DNA of 64,000 bases from positions 3,574 through 67,573 of the forward strand of contig JAZSQJ010000015.1 in the NCBI GenBank assembly GCA_045537905.1. Reading direction: 5' to 3'. Position numbers and translations under genes: made by a program. Shown here one piece after another: positions 44,510 through 53,295 of the stretch. The notes below the pieces were generated by a model. It had not been told where the DNA came from and made no database searches. It was given only the letters and a program-made list of their open reading frames with translations. The DNA is from Eubacteriales bacterium. Its GTDB lineage: Bacteria; Bacillota; Clostridia; Oscillospirales; CAG-382. The number at the start of each line of letters is the position of its first letter. The stretch's first letter is position 1.

Positions 44510-44538
44510 ATTTTATCACAGCTTTTTTTGTTTGTCAA
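44510..44538 (-). promoter_or_regulatory. putative sigma-A promoter of the T-box operon
   Basis: On the minus strand: TTGACA (44533-44538), 17-nt spacer, TAAAAT (44510-44515). Confidence 0.6.
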
Positions 44539-44630
44539 TACTTTTTTGTATTTTTTATGTTTATTTTTATTGAAAAATCCACGGTGTTTTGTTATACTGT
44601 TTATCGGTATTTATACAAGCGGAGGTCGTT

Positions 44631-46886
44631 ATGAGATACAAAATACTGATTGCTGTTTTATGTCTGTTTTCTGTAATCCTTTCTTTCGGGGCCTGCGGTT
44701 CTGAACAGGTAAGCCCCTCGGACTCCTCTGAGTTAATCAGTGCAGAAAGCACTGACAGCAGTGAGGAAACAAGCGAAGATATCAGCGAGGAAATATTAAC
44801 CCTTCCCGCAGGGGAGCTTAAAGACACGTCAAGCGGTAAAACAACCCCCCGTCTGGTACAAACCCTTTATCCCACGGAGGACGTGGTGATAGCTGATATT
44901 ATCCCTACCGAGGACGGCTATGCGGTAGGAGATAACGGCATAGGTGACAGCACGGCAGGCATACAGAAGGCGCTTAACGACTGCTTTGACAATGGGGGCG
45001 GTACCGTATATCTCCCTGCAGGCATCTACGCCATTTCAGGCAAAATATTCATCCCTCCCTTCGTTACTCTGCGAGGGGATTGGCAGGACCCCGACAAGGG
45101 CACGGACTACGGTACGGTAATCTTTGTGTATAACGAAAGCAAGGAGGACTACGCCAAGGGCAAAACCGTTACCGAGGGTATATTTAACCTTGGCGGCTCC
45201 GGCGGTGTTCTGGGGCTTACCGTCTATTATCCCAACCAGTCCGTAAATAACGTAAAGCCCTATCCCTTTACCTTTTACAGCGACGGTATGGGTGCAAACT
45301 ATATGCTGTCTACCGTGAAGAACGTTACGGTAATCAACGGCTATCGTGGTATCGGTGCCTGCTGTCTTAACACCAACCAGGGGGGCGGTGCTCACGAGCA
45401 GTTAACGGTAGAAAACTTTAAGGGCACCTTCCTTTATTGCGGTACCGAGGTTTACAACCAAGCCGATGTAGGCACCTGGCAAAACGTAAGCGTAAGCAAC
45501 AAATACTGGAAGGAGGCCAAGGGGGAGGGCATCCGCGCCGTAGACGGCGTAAAGCTTGATACTTATACCAAGAAAAACACGGTGGGACTTAAGCTGGGCG
45601 ACCTTGAGTGGACGGAGTTCGAGGGCCTTAGTGTAAGCGGCTGTAAAATCGGTATAGAGATACTTAAGGGCAAGCGTATAAGGTTTGCAGGCTCTATCCA
45701 CAACGTAGATATAAGAGATTGCACTACAGGCATTAAGCTTAACGACCTTGACAGCCGTTGGGGTATGCTTATCAGTGAGGGCGTAATAGAGGGCGGCATC
45801 CAAAACAAGGCGCTGGGTCTGGTTAAGCTGTGCGGTGTAAAGGTAAGCGGCACCTTAAAGGGCAAGACCGAGCAGGATGACAGTGCGGATATATCCTCCT
45901 ATGATATAGACTATAACAGAAGCTATACCAAGCCGGTTTCCGTGTTGTATGTGGCGGAGTTGGACGGCACGGGCAAAACCGACGTAACGTCAGCTCTCCA
46001 AAGCACTCTGGATACTGCAGGCAAAACGGGCGGCGTAGTGTACCTGCCTGCAGGCAGATATAAGCTGGAGGGTTCGGTAAGCGTACCTGCAGGGGTAGAG
46101 CTAAGAGGTGCAAGCTCCGTAGCCGGCAGAGACCAAGGGGGGATGAGTCTTGGCACGGTAATCTACTGCTACTACGGTGACGATGAACCGGTAAAGCCCG
46201 ATACGGACAAAGCCTTTATAACTCTGTCGGGTAAAAATGCTGGAATTAACGGAATCCGCATAATATACCCCGAAAACGGCCCCTTTGACAGGGACCTTAA
46301 CACAACCTATACAGTCCGTGGCACCGCCGAGGGCGTGTATTTTGTAAACGGTATGATATCCGCCTCGGGCTACGGCGTAGACTTCCGCGGCTGTGACGGG
46401 CACTTTATTAAAAAGGTAAGCACCTGCTGCTACTACAACTCCTACCTGTTGGGCGGAGAGGGCGGAATGCTTAACGGCTGTCTGCAAAACGGTACTGTAA
46501 TCTACCGCACAGACTTAAATACAGGCTTCCTGCATAATTGGCCCACCAACGAGGCACAAATCTGGAACGAGCTGTTTAACCCCATAACCCGTGCCTACAA
46601 CCAATTCATAATAGCAGAGGGAGCAAAGAACCAGCAGATATACAACACCTTTATTTACGGTTGTGCAAATATGCTGGTATGCAAGGACTCTACGGTGTTG
46701 GCGGTGAATATCGGATCCGACAACATCGGCGCTGCCCAGTTGGTTGCAGAAAGCGGCGAAATGACCGTAATCAACGCTATGCGATACAACGGCACGTCCT
46801 ATAAGCACAGCGGCGGTATACTCAGGCTGTACAACAGACTGACGATAAATGATAAAACAGAAAAAACCGTTATTATAGGTGAATAA
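44631..46886 (+). CDS. lipoprotein with two right-handed beta-helix (Pectate_lyase_3-type) domains, GH55-like architecture
   Basis: GGAGG RBS and lipobox SFGAC. Two copies of the N-cap motif are present: DSTAGIQKALNDCFDNGGGTVYLPAGIYAISGKIFIPPFVTLRG and TDVTSALQSTLDTAGKTGGVVYLPAGRYKLEGSVSVPAGVELRG. Confidence 0.65.
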   Translation: MRYKILIAVLCLFSVILSFGACGSEQVSPSDSSELISAESTDSSEETSEDISEEILTLPAGELKDTSSGKTTPRLVQTLYPTEDVVIADIIPTEDGYAVGDNGIGDSTAGIQKALNDCFDNGGGTVYLPAGIYAISGKIFIPPFVTLRGDWQDPDKGTDYGTVIFVYNESKEDYAKGKTVTEGIFNLGGSGGVLGLTVYYPNQSVNNVKPYPFTFYSDGMGANYMLSTVKNVTVINGYRGIGACCLNTNQGGGAHEQLTVENFKGTFLYCGTEVYNQADVGTWQNVSVSNKYWKEAKGEGIRAVDGVKLDTYTKKNTVGLKLGDLEWTEFEGLSVSGCKIGIEILKGKRIRFAGSIHNVDIRDCTTGIKLNDLDSRWGMLISEGVIEGGIQNKALGLVKLCGVKVSGTLKGKTEQDDSADISSYDIDYNRSYTKPVSVLYVAELDGTGKTDVTSALQSTLDTAGKTGGVVYLPAGRYKLEGSVSVPAGVELRGASSVAGRDQGGMSLGTVIYCYYGDDEPVKPDTDKAFITLSGKNAGINGIRIIYPENGPFDRDLNTTYTVRGTAEGVYFVNGMISASGYGVDFRGCDGHFIKKVSTCCYYNSYLLGGEGGMLNGCLQNGTVIYRTDLNTGFLHNWPTNEAQIWNELFNPITRAYNQFIIAEGAKNQQIYNTFIYGCANMLVCKDSTVLAVNIGSDNIGAAQLVAESGEMTVINAMRYNGTSYKHSGGILRLYNRLTINDKTEKTVIIGE

Positions 46887-46894
46887 TAGCAAAA

Positions 46895-46922
46895 GACGCA
46901 GACATTAAAAACGTTCTGCGTC
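46895..46922. repeat. terminator hairpin, left copy of a 28-nt direct duplication flanking element copy A
   Basis: GACGCAGAcattaaaaacgtTCTGCGTC is identical to 47145-47172. Only this copy keeps the upstream AAAA tract. Confidence 0.9.
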
Positions 46923-47144
46923 AGCTTGATGACAAACCTTGTCATCAAGCTGGCAGAGTGCTGAGAAAGAGTACAGACAAGACGAACCGAGGCGATAACT
47001 GTACTAAGTACTGTGAGCCGAGGTTCGTTTTGAACGAAAAAACAAATAAAATGTAGAAAATTCAGGAAAATTTCCCCTGAATTTTCTACTTTAGAATGAG
47101 TATATTTTGTTCTTTTTCGTGCTCTGTGCCTTTGTCAGCGGTCT
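46923..47144 (+). mobile_element. ~222-nt non-coding structured repeat (MITE-like), copy A
   Basis: About 95% identical by eye to the reverse complement of 59473-59696. It has imperfect terminal inverted repeats (C)AGCTTGATGACAAA / (C)AGACCGCTGACAAA and three strong internal hairpins. These are AGCTTGATGACAAaccTTGTCATCAAGCT, GACGAACCGAGGC...GCCGAGGTTCGT and GTAGAAAATTCAGG...CCTGAATTTTCTAC. It has no ORF. Confidence 0.75.
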
Positions 47145-47172
47145 GACGCAGACATTAAAAACGTTCTGCGTC
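47145..47172. repeat. terminator hairpin, right copy of the 28-nt duplication
   Basis: Identical to 46895-46922. Only this copy is followed by TTTTTT. Confidence 0.9.
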
Positions 47173-47211
47173 TTTTTTGTTAGATAGTACTAAAAAATTA
47201 ATATATAGCTA

Positions 47212-47240
47212 TTGCAAGCTAGTGCATTCGGTGCTAAAAT
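47212..47240 (+). promoter_or_regulatory. putative sigma-A promoter of the GLUG/MBL/dockerin gene
   Basis: TTGCAA (47212-47217), 17-nt spacer, TAAAAT (47235-47240). Confidence 0.5.
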
Positions 47241-47278
47241 TAAGTGATGGAATTTATCTATAATACGGAGGTATCCTT

Positions 47279-50200
47279 ATGTATAAAAGAATAACAACAA
47301 AAGTATTGTCCTATAAAAGAATAACAACAAAAGTATTGTCCGCAATGCTCAGTTTTTTGATGGTGCTTAGCGTTTTTGTCTTCGTGCCTCCAAAGGACAC
47401 CGCCGTTTCTGCCGCTGGCTATTACAAATGGAGCGGATATGCTACCTATCTGCAGGGCGCAGGTACCGAGGACGACCCGTTTTTGATAAACACACCAAAC
47501 GAGCTGGCTTATTTCCGTAAGCAGGTAAGTGCAACGGATGGCACAATAAGCTATTATGCCAATAACGATACCACTACCACCGCAAAGACCAAGGATGCCC
47601 AGGCGGCTTTCTATAGGCTCACCACAGACATATACTATAACGACCCTAACGGTACTGAGTGGGAAAGCTGGTCGGATACCGTGGGTCCCACCAACGGCGG
47701 TGCCTCTATCCACAAATGGGCACCTGCAGGCTACGATAACGAAAGCACCCGCCGTTTTCAAGGCTGCTTTGACGGCGACGGCCACACGATCTATGGCTTG
47801 TACATAGCATATCCTGACAAGAACTGCATTGGCTTTATAGGCTCCTTCCGTTACGGCACTATAAAGGACCTTACACTGGCAAAGGGCTATGTAAGCGGCG
47901 CCAACCTTGTAGGCGGATTTGTGGGTCAGGCAAAGGTTTGCACCGAGCTTATCAACTGCCACAGCACCCTCCGTGTAAAGGGTGCTATAGGTGTAGGCGG
48001 TCTTGTAGGCGGTAACCCTAAGGACGCTACCGCCCCTTATACCGACGTCGACGTAAACAGCGAGGCAACCATAGCCAACTACGTGTTGTACAACTGTAGC
48101 AACGGTGGTGACGTCAGCGGTACCCACTACGTAGGCGGTCTGGCAGGCATAGTAAGTGCAGGCTCCTCCAGAGTGCAGATATACAGGTCAAGCAACAGCG
48201 GTACTGTCAGTGCAACAACCAATTGTACGGGCGGTATACTTGGTGGTGTAAGCGAAGTGGACAATTTCGGACACAGCCACATACAGCACTGTGTAAACAC
48301 AGGTAAGATACAGGGCGGTACAGGCTATTATACAGGCGGTATAGTAGGCTGTGGCAGAGCTATTGAGGTTGAAAACTGTATAAACCATTCCGATATAAGT
48401 GCAAACGGAGCAATATACACGGGCGGCATCTCGGGCGGCTGTAATTCCGGAGACGGTCTTTCCAACAGCAAGGTAAAAAGCTGCTTTAACTACGGTAACG
48501 TAACGGGTACCCAGTATACCGGCGGTATAATAGGCGTTGCAAAAAGCACTAATGTAAATATGTGCGGTAATATCGGCAACGTTAAGGGAAGCTCCTATGT
48601 TGGGGGTATTTCAGGCAAGTCCGGCGGTAGTAACGATAACCGTGATACCGAGCTTTACGATTGCTACAACACAGGCAGTGTTACCAGCACCGACAATAGT
48701 AGCAGTGTTGCAGGTATTGTGGGCGAGGCATACTGCGAGGGTACGGTAAGCGACAACAAGTTTGTAAAGGTTAAACGCTGTATCAACCTTGGTGCGGTAA
48801 CGGGTGGCAGGGCGATTGCCAACACCACCAGCACTCTTATGAACAGCGCGGGGACAGGTCTGTTTGTGTATCAGTATGCAAATACCTGCTTTGGTCTTGC
48901 AGGGGTAAACACCGGCTTTGACGGCGGTGTAGCGGTAAGCTCCCTTGCAAGCAAGGAGGTGCTTGATAAGCTTAATGCAGGTGGCGCCTGGTCCGCAGGC
49001 TATCCTTATCCCACTCTTAACAGCATTCCCTATGAGCACCAGGGCAGGTCAGAGATGTTTGGCGTAGCAGACGTTAAGGCAGCAAACGCTCCTGCACTGG
49101 AAATAAGCTATAAGATAAATACAGCAAACAGCTACTACAAAAGCCTTTCTGCATTCGATATAGAACACGGCGTGCTTGCAGTCAAGAGCGAGACTCTTGG
49201 CGAGGCAGAGCTTACGGCAAGCACCAACGGCGTTATCAACTGTAAGGGCAATCTCTCCTCCTCTACGGTAAATGCCGTTCTCGGCAACGTATCGGCAGAT
49301 GACTTTGACGATATGTTTACCCTCCGTCCCTACGCAGTATTCACCGTAGAGTCTGTACAGATTTACGTTTACGGCACCCCTACGGAAAGCTCGTTTTACA
49401 CCGCAAAGGGCAGTGCAGACATATCTGCCATAAGCAATACAGCTGCATTCAGCTGTGACGAAAAGCTGTTTTTGCTTACGGGCACTACAGACAAAATCAA
49501 TACAGGCATCATCTCCTCGGGTGAGAACGAAAGCATAAGCTTTATCTCTGCAGACCCCACCGTTGCTACCGTCAGTGGCGGCACGGTAAAGGGACTTAAA
49601 GCGGGCGTTACCGACGTTACCGTAACCTATACAGGTCCCTGGGGTGCAAAAACCGGGCACTGCAAGGTAACGGTGCTTAACGACCTAACAAGCACAGTTT
49701 ACGCCAACCAATATGCAGAAAAGACCGGAGACCTTCGTCTCCACACAAACAAGCTTGTCCGTGTAGGTACTACCAACAAAAACGACGCCTTTGTTCTTGA
49801 CTTCAACGGTACCGTGATTATGATAGACGGCGGTAATAGAAATGACGAGTCCTTGAAGTATCTTCTTAAGCTCCGTGACGAGTTTTTGGAGGAGGGCTAC
49901 AAAAACGGCTTGCTTACCGAGTCTCAGTATTACCGGAGACTGCTTTCCGACAAGTGTAAGATACAGCTTACAAGTCTTATAACCCACTGGCACTCTGACC
50001 ATATCTATGCTCTTCGCTACGTTATCAACCAAAGCACCAGAGTTGCTATCAACGAGATGTATACCGTAAAGGCACCTGCGGGCACCGATGCTGAAAGCTA
50101 CAACAGTTATATTTTGGCCCATGATAGGATGATAACGGCGCTGCAGACCAATAATCCCAATATGGTGGAAAACCGCTTTGATTACGAAACGAAGGTAGTT

Positions 50201-51244
50201 CGTTATATAGGCGACAACGGTACGGTTTCCACAGGCTCTACAGGTTGTCCCGTTAAGCTTACTATGCTTACCGGCAAGGACTGGAGTACCGTTGCGGCAA
50301 TGAAAACCTATGACACGGCATGGATAAACTCCAGCTCCTCCTGGTTCCTGTTCGAGTACGGCGGCAGCAAGCTGTTGTTCACAGGTGACACCTATCCAAC
50401 TAACACAGGCACTACCTATACAGGTACAAGCACTGTAGGTAACACCGCAGTGGATTATATGCTCTATAAGTACGCCTCCGTTCTGGATGGCGGCGTAACC
50501 TTCCTTGACGTAAACCACCACGCCCGTTCATCTTTCGTGGAAAACATTTACACCGTAACCAAGCCTAAGCTTATATTTGCAGGCGTAAACTACGGCAGGG
50601 ACGATCCAAAGGCAACGGATAAGGCGGTAGAAACGGGCGACTTCTACCTTGGCGGCGATGCCGAGCAGGTATTTGTGTTCAGTGCAAAGGGCAGCATAGA
50701 TACAAGCGGTGCCCTCTGCTCCTATTCCCAAAACGACAACGGCAGGGCAATTCGCAATTCCCTGCCCATCAGCTATGACGCAGAGTATGCCCTTGTTGAC
50801 GACGCAGAGATAAAAACCACAGCACCCACGGGTGTCAGTCTCAGTTCAAGCACCCTTTGGTTGGCGGAGGGTGACGTTGCGTGGCTTTCCGCAAAGGTAA
50901 GTGGCGGCACTACGGTTGACAAAAATGTGGTATGGACTGTCAGCGATCCCGGCGTGCTCAGCACTGACGGCGCCTATGTAACCGCCCACAAAACGGGTAA
51001 GGTAACCGTTGCCGTAAAGGCTGGCAGCTATAGCGATAGCTGCACAGTTAACGTGGTTGTCAGGGGTGACGTCAACAGGGACGGTGTTTTCAGTACGGCA
51101 GACTGTATTTCTCTTAAGATGGCGATAATCCAGGCTATAGAGATAAGCGACTTTATGCTTGCTGCAGGCGATTTCAGCAGGGACGGCGTAATAACCGCTA
51201 CGGATTACAGTGCACTGATGCAATATATAAAAACCAACGGCTAA
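47279..51244 (+). CDS. large secreted protein: GLUG-motif repeats + Big_2 Ig-like domains + MBL-fold (ComEC-type) domain + C-terminal dockerin
   Basis: GGAGG RBS. GLUG-type repeats include VGGFVG, VGGLVGG, VGGLAG, TGGILGG, TGGIVG, TGGISGG and VGGISG. Big_2-like segments are ISFISADPTVATVSGGTVKGLKAGVTDVTVTY and VVWTVSDPGVLSTDGAYVTAHKTGKVTVAV. MBL motifs are ITHWHSDHIYAL, LLFTGD and VNHHARS. The dockerin is RGDVNRDGVFSTADCISL...AGDFSRDGVITATDYSAL. Confidence 0.8.
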   Translation: MYKRITTKVLSYKRITTKVLSAMLSFLMVLSVFVFVPPKDTAVSAAGYYKWSGYATYLQGAGTEDDPFLINTPNELAYFRKQVSATDGTISYYANNDTTTTAKTKDAQAAFYRLTTDIYYNDPNGTEWESWSDTVGPTNGGASIHKWAPAGYDNESTRRFQGCFDGDGHTIYGLYIAYPDKNCIGFIGSFRYGTIKDLTLAKGYVSGANLVGGFVGQAKVCTELINCHSTLRVKGAIGVGGLVGGNPKDATAPYTDVDVNSEATIANYVLYNCSNGGDVSGTHYVGGLAGIVSAGSSRVQIYRSSNSGTVSATTNCTGGILGGVSEVDNFGHSHIQHCVNTGKIQGGTGYYTGGIVGCGRAIEVENCINHSDISANGAIYTGGISGGCNSGDGLSNSKVKSCFNYGNVTGTQYTGGIIGVAKSTNVNMCGNIGNVKGSSYVGGISGKSGGSNDNRDTELYDCYNTGSVTSTDNSSSVAGIVGEAYCEGTVSDNKFVKVKRCINLGAVTGGRAIANTTSTLMNSAGTGLFVYQYANTCFGLAGVNTGFDGGVAVSSLASKEVLDKLNAGGAWSAGYPYPTLNSIPYEHQGRSEMFGVADVKAANAPALEISYKINTANSYYKSLSAFDIEHGVLAVKSETLGEAELTASTNGVINCKGNLSSSTVNAVLGNVSADDFDDMFTLRPYAVFTVESVQIYVYGTPTESSFYTAKGSADISAISNTAAFSCDEKLFLLTGTTDKINTGIISSGENESISFISADPTVATVSGGTVKGLKAGVTDVTVTYTGPWGAKTGHCKVTVLNDLTSTVYANQYAEKTGDLRLHTNKLVRVGTTNKNDAFVLDFNGTVIMIDGGNRNDESLKYLLKLRDEFLEEGYKNGLLTESQYYRRLLSDKCKIQLTSLITHWHSDHIYALRYVINQSTRVAINEMYTVKAPAGTDAESYNSYILAHDRMITALQTNNPNMVENRFDYETKVVRYIGDNGTVSTGSTGCPVKLTMLTGKDWSTVAAMKTYDTAWINSSSSWFLFEYGGSKLLFTGDTYPTNTGTTYTGTSTVGNTAVDYMLYKYASVLDGGVTFLDVNHHARSSFVENIYTVTKPKLIFAGVNYGRDDPKATDKAVETGDFYLGGDAEQVFVFSAKGSIDTSGALCSYSQNDNGRAIRNSLPISYDAEYALVDDAEIKTTAPTGVSLSSSTLWLAEGDVAWLSAKVSGGTTVDKNVVWTVSDPGVLSTDGAYVTAHKTGKVTVAVKAGSYSDSCTVNVVVRGDVNRDGVFSTADCISLKMAIIQAIEISDFMLAAGDFSRDGVITATDYSALMQYIKTNG
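47282..47341 (+). repeat. perfect 30-bp tandem duplication at codons 2-21
   Basis: TATAAAAGAATAACAACAAAAGTATTGTCC occurs twice back to back. This duplicates YKRITTKVLS in frame within the signal-peptide n-region. Confidence 0.95.
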
Positions 51245-51257
51245 AGGAGTGTAAACT

Positions 51258-51779
51258 ATGGACTTTTTCAAATTTGCTTCAGACAGATATTCGGTAAGAA
51301 AATTTCAAAACAAAGCTCTGGCGGGGGATGTTATAGACAAAATACTTGCCTGCGGACACGTAGCGCCAACGGGTTGTAACTATCAACCCCAAAGGATACT
51401 GGTGCTTAACACTGCAGAGTCTATAGAGAAGCTGAAAAGCTGTACCAAGTGTCATTTTGATGCACCTACTGCTATGCTTATATGCTATAACAGGGACGAA
51501 ACCTGGGTAAGAAAGTATGACGGAGCTACGTCTGCTCCAACGGACGCCGCTATAGTTACCACCCATCTTATGCTTATGGCACACTCTCTTGGAGTAGGCT
51601 CCTGCTGGGTAATGCATTTCGATCCCGAGGCGGTAAGAAAAGAGTTTTCCGTTCCCGAAAATTATATACCTCACTCCCTTCTTGTTATGGGCTACCCTCA
51701 CGAGGATAGCGTTCCTAACGAAAGGCACAGCCAAACAAGGCCTATTGATGAGGTTGTTTATTACGAAAAGTTTCAGTAA
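51258..51779 (+). CDS. nitroreductase family protein
   Basis: The N-terminus RYSVRKFQNKALAGDVIDKILACGHVAPTGCNYQPQRILVL and the motif SCWVMHF are typical NfsB/FRP-type nitroreductase motifs. AAGGAG RBS. Confidence 0.85.
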   Translation: MDFFKFASDRYSVRKFQNKALAGDVIDKILACGHVAPTGCNYQPQRILVLNTAESIEKLKSCTKCHFDAPTAMLICYNRDETWVRKYDGATSAPTDAAIVTTHLMLMAHSLGVGSCWVMHFDPEAVRKEFSVPENYIPHSLLVMGYPHEDSVPNERHSQTRPIDEVVYYEKFQ

Positions 51780-51805
51780 AGCCGTCGGGAGATAACATAA
51801 AAACA

Positions 51806-53176
51806 ATGGACAGTAAAAAAATAAGCAAAGATTTTACGTCGGGTAATATAGCCACTCAGCTTTTGTGGTTTACCGTACCCTTTATGGCATCCAACGCCTT
51901 GCAGGTACTGTACAGCACGGTGGATATGGTAATAGTAGGGAAGTACGTAGGCACAGCGGGTCTGTCTGCCGTTTCCCAAAGCAGCCAGATACTAAATTTT
52001 GCAACTATGGTGTGTCTCGGTTTTTCCAATGGCGGACAGGTTCTTGTATCACAGGCTATCGGCGCAGGCAAGCGTAAGGAGCTAAACCGTATCATAGGTA
52101 CTCTTTTCAGCCTGATACTTATACTGGCGGTAGTGCTATCCGTATTTATGCTCTGTGCCAGACATTGGTTGGTTGACGTAATGAATATCCCCACCGAAGC
52201 CCTTGACTACTCGCTGGACTATCTTATAATATGCGGCGGCGGTCTTGTGTTTACCGCAGGCTATAATATGGTGTCAGCCGTGCTACGCGGTATGGGTGAC
52301 TCCAAAAGACCCTTTCTGTTTATCGGCATAGCCTCTGCTGTAAACCTGGCGCTGGATATAGTGTTTACAGGCCTTCTCGGCTGGGAGGTAGCAGGTGCCG
52401 CTTGGGCAACCATTATAGGTCAGGCGGTTTCCTTCCTGTTTTCCTTGGTATACCTCTACCGAAAAAAGGAGCAGTTTGGTTTTGATTTCAAAAAGCAAAG
52501 CTTTGCTATTGATAAGCATTACAGTAAGATGATAAGCTCTCTGGGGGCACCTATGGCAATCCAGTCGGGCTGTATCAATTTATCTATGCTTTTTGTAAAC
52601 TCTCTGGTAAACGACATCGACGTAGTGGCATCCGCTACCTTTGGAGTAGGCATCCGTATAGACGATATAATCAACAAAATCTCCCAGGGCATCCAGTATG
52701 CGGCTATGCCTATGATAAGCCAGAATATTGCGGCAAAGCGAGAGGATAGGGGCGTAAAGGTTGTATGGTACGCCTGGCTCTATTCCGGTATATTTACGGT
52801 TGTATCCATAGCGGCGTATCTCATCTTCGGTAAGGAGCTGTTTATGATGTTCTCCGATGACCCTCTGGTGCACGGTATGTCTGGTGAATTTATCAGCGCC
52901 ATCCTCTGGATGTTCCCTGCCCTTGCGGTGATGCGTGGCAGCAGTGCCTTTATACAGGGTATCGGTAACGCCAAGCTCAGTATGGTGCTGGCACTGCTTG
53001 ACGGCGTAATCCTCCGTATAGGCTTCAGTTGGCTTTTCGGTATAGTATTCGGCTGGGGCTTCTTTGGCTTTGTTCTTGGCTACGGTATAGCGGCATACGG
53101 CTGTGCTATCCCGGGTATGATATACTTCCTCAGCGGCAGGTGGAAAAAACGGAAGGTTCTGGCAGAGGATATATAA
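51806..53176 (+). CDS. MATE family efflux transporter
   Basis: Twelve-helix hydrophobic protein with the MATE N-terminal pattern LLWFTVPFMASNALQVLYSTVDMVIVGKYVG and an internal duplication (LGAPMAIQSG...). Confidence 0.85.
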   Translation: MDSKKISKDFTSGNIATQLLWFTVPFMASNALQVLYSTVDMVIVGKYVGTAGLSAVSQSSQILNFATMVCLGFSNGGQVLVSQAIGAGKRKELNRIIGTLFSLILILAVVLSVFMLCARHWLVDVMNIPTEALDYSLDYLIICGGGLVFTAGYNMVSAVLRGMGDSKRPFLFIGIASAVNLALDIVFTGLLGWEVAGAAWATIIGQAVSFLFSLVYLYRKKEQFGFDFKKQSFAIDKHYSKMISSLGAPMAIQSGCINLSMLFVNSLVNDIDVVASATFGVGIRIDDIINKISQGIQYAAMPMISQNIAAKREDRGVKVVWYAWLYSGIFTVVSIAAYLIFGKELFMMFSDDPLVHGMSGEFISAILWMFPALAVMRGSSAFIQGIGNAKLSMVLALLDGVILRIGFSWLFGIVFGWGFFGFVLGYGIAAYGCAIPGMIYFLSGRWKKRKVLAEDI

Positions 53177-53295
53177 GCTTGTTTTTTGTTGAAAATCAAC
53201 AAAAACGCCCTGCAAAATCTATACTGTTTTTCGCTTGTTGATTTGATGGAAATGTGATATAATTTATGTGATTTTTGATGTATTTGGAGGCAGTT

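Noticed and set aside
46895-47172. Reading the layout of hairpin, 222-nt insert, hairpin as a minimal CRISPR-like repeat-spacer-repeat unit
   Set aside because: There are only two repeats per locus. The insert is the conserved part between loci while the repeats differ, which is the opposite of CRISPR. The insert is far longer than a spacer, and there are no cas genes in the window.
47258-48127. 289-aa minus-strand ORF, with others at 49049-49660 and 49685-50521
   Set aside because: They are antisense to the GLUG/MBL/dockerin gene and have no start context or motifs.
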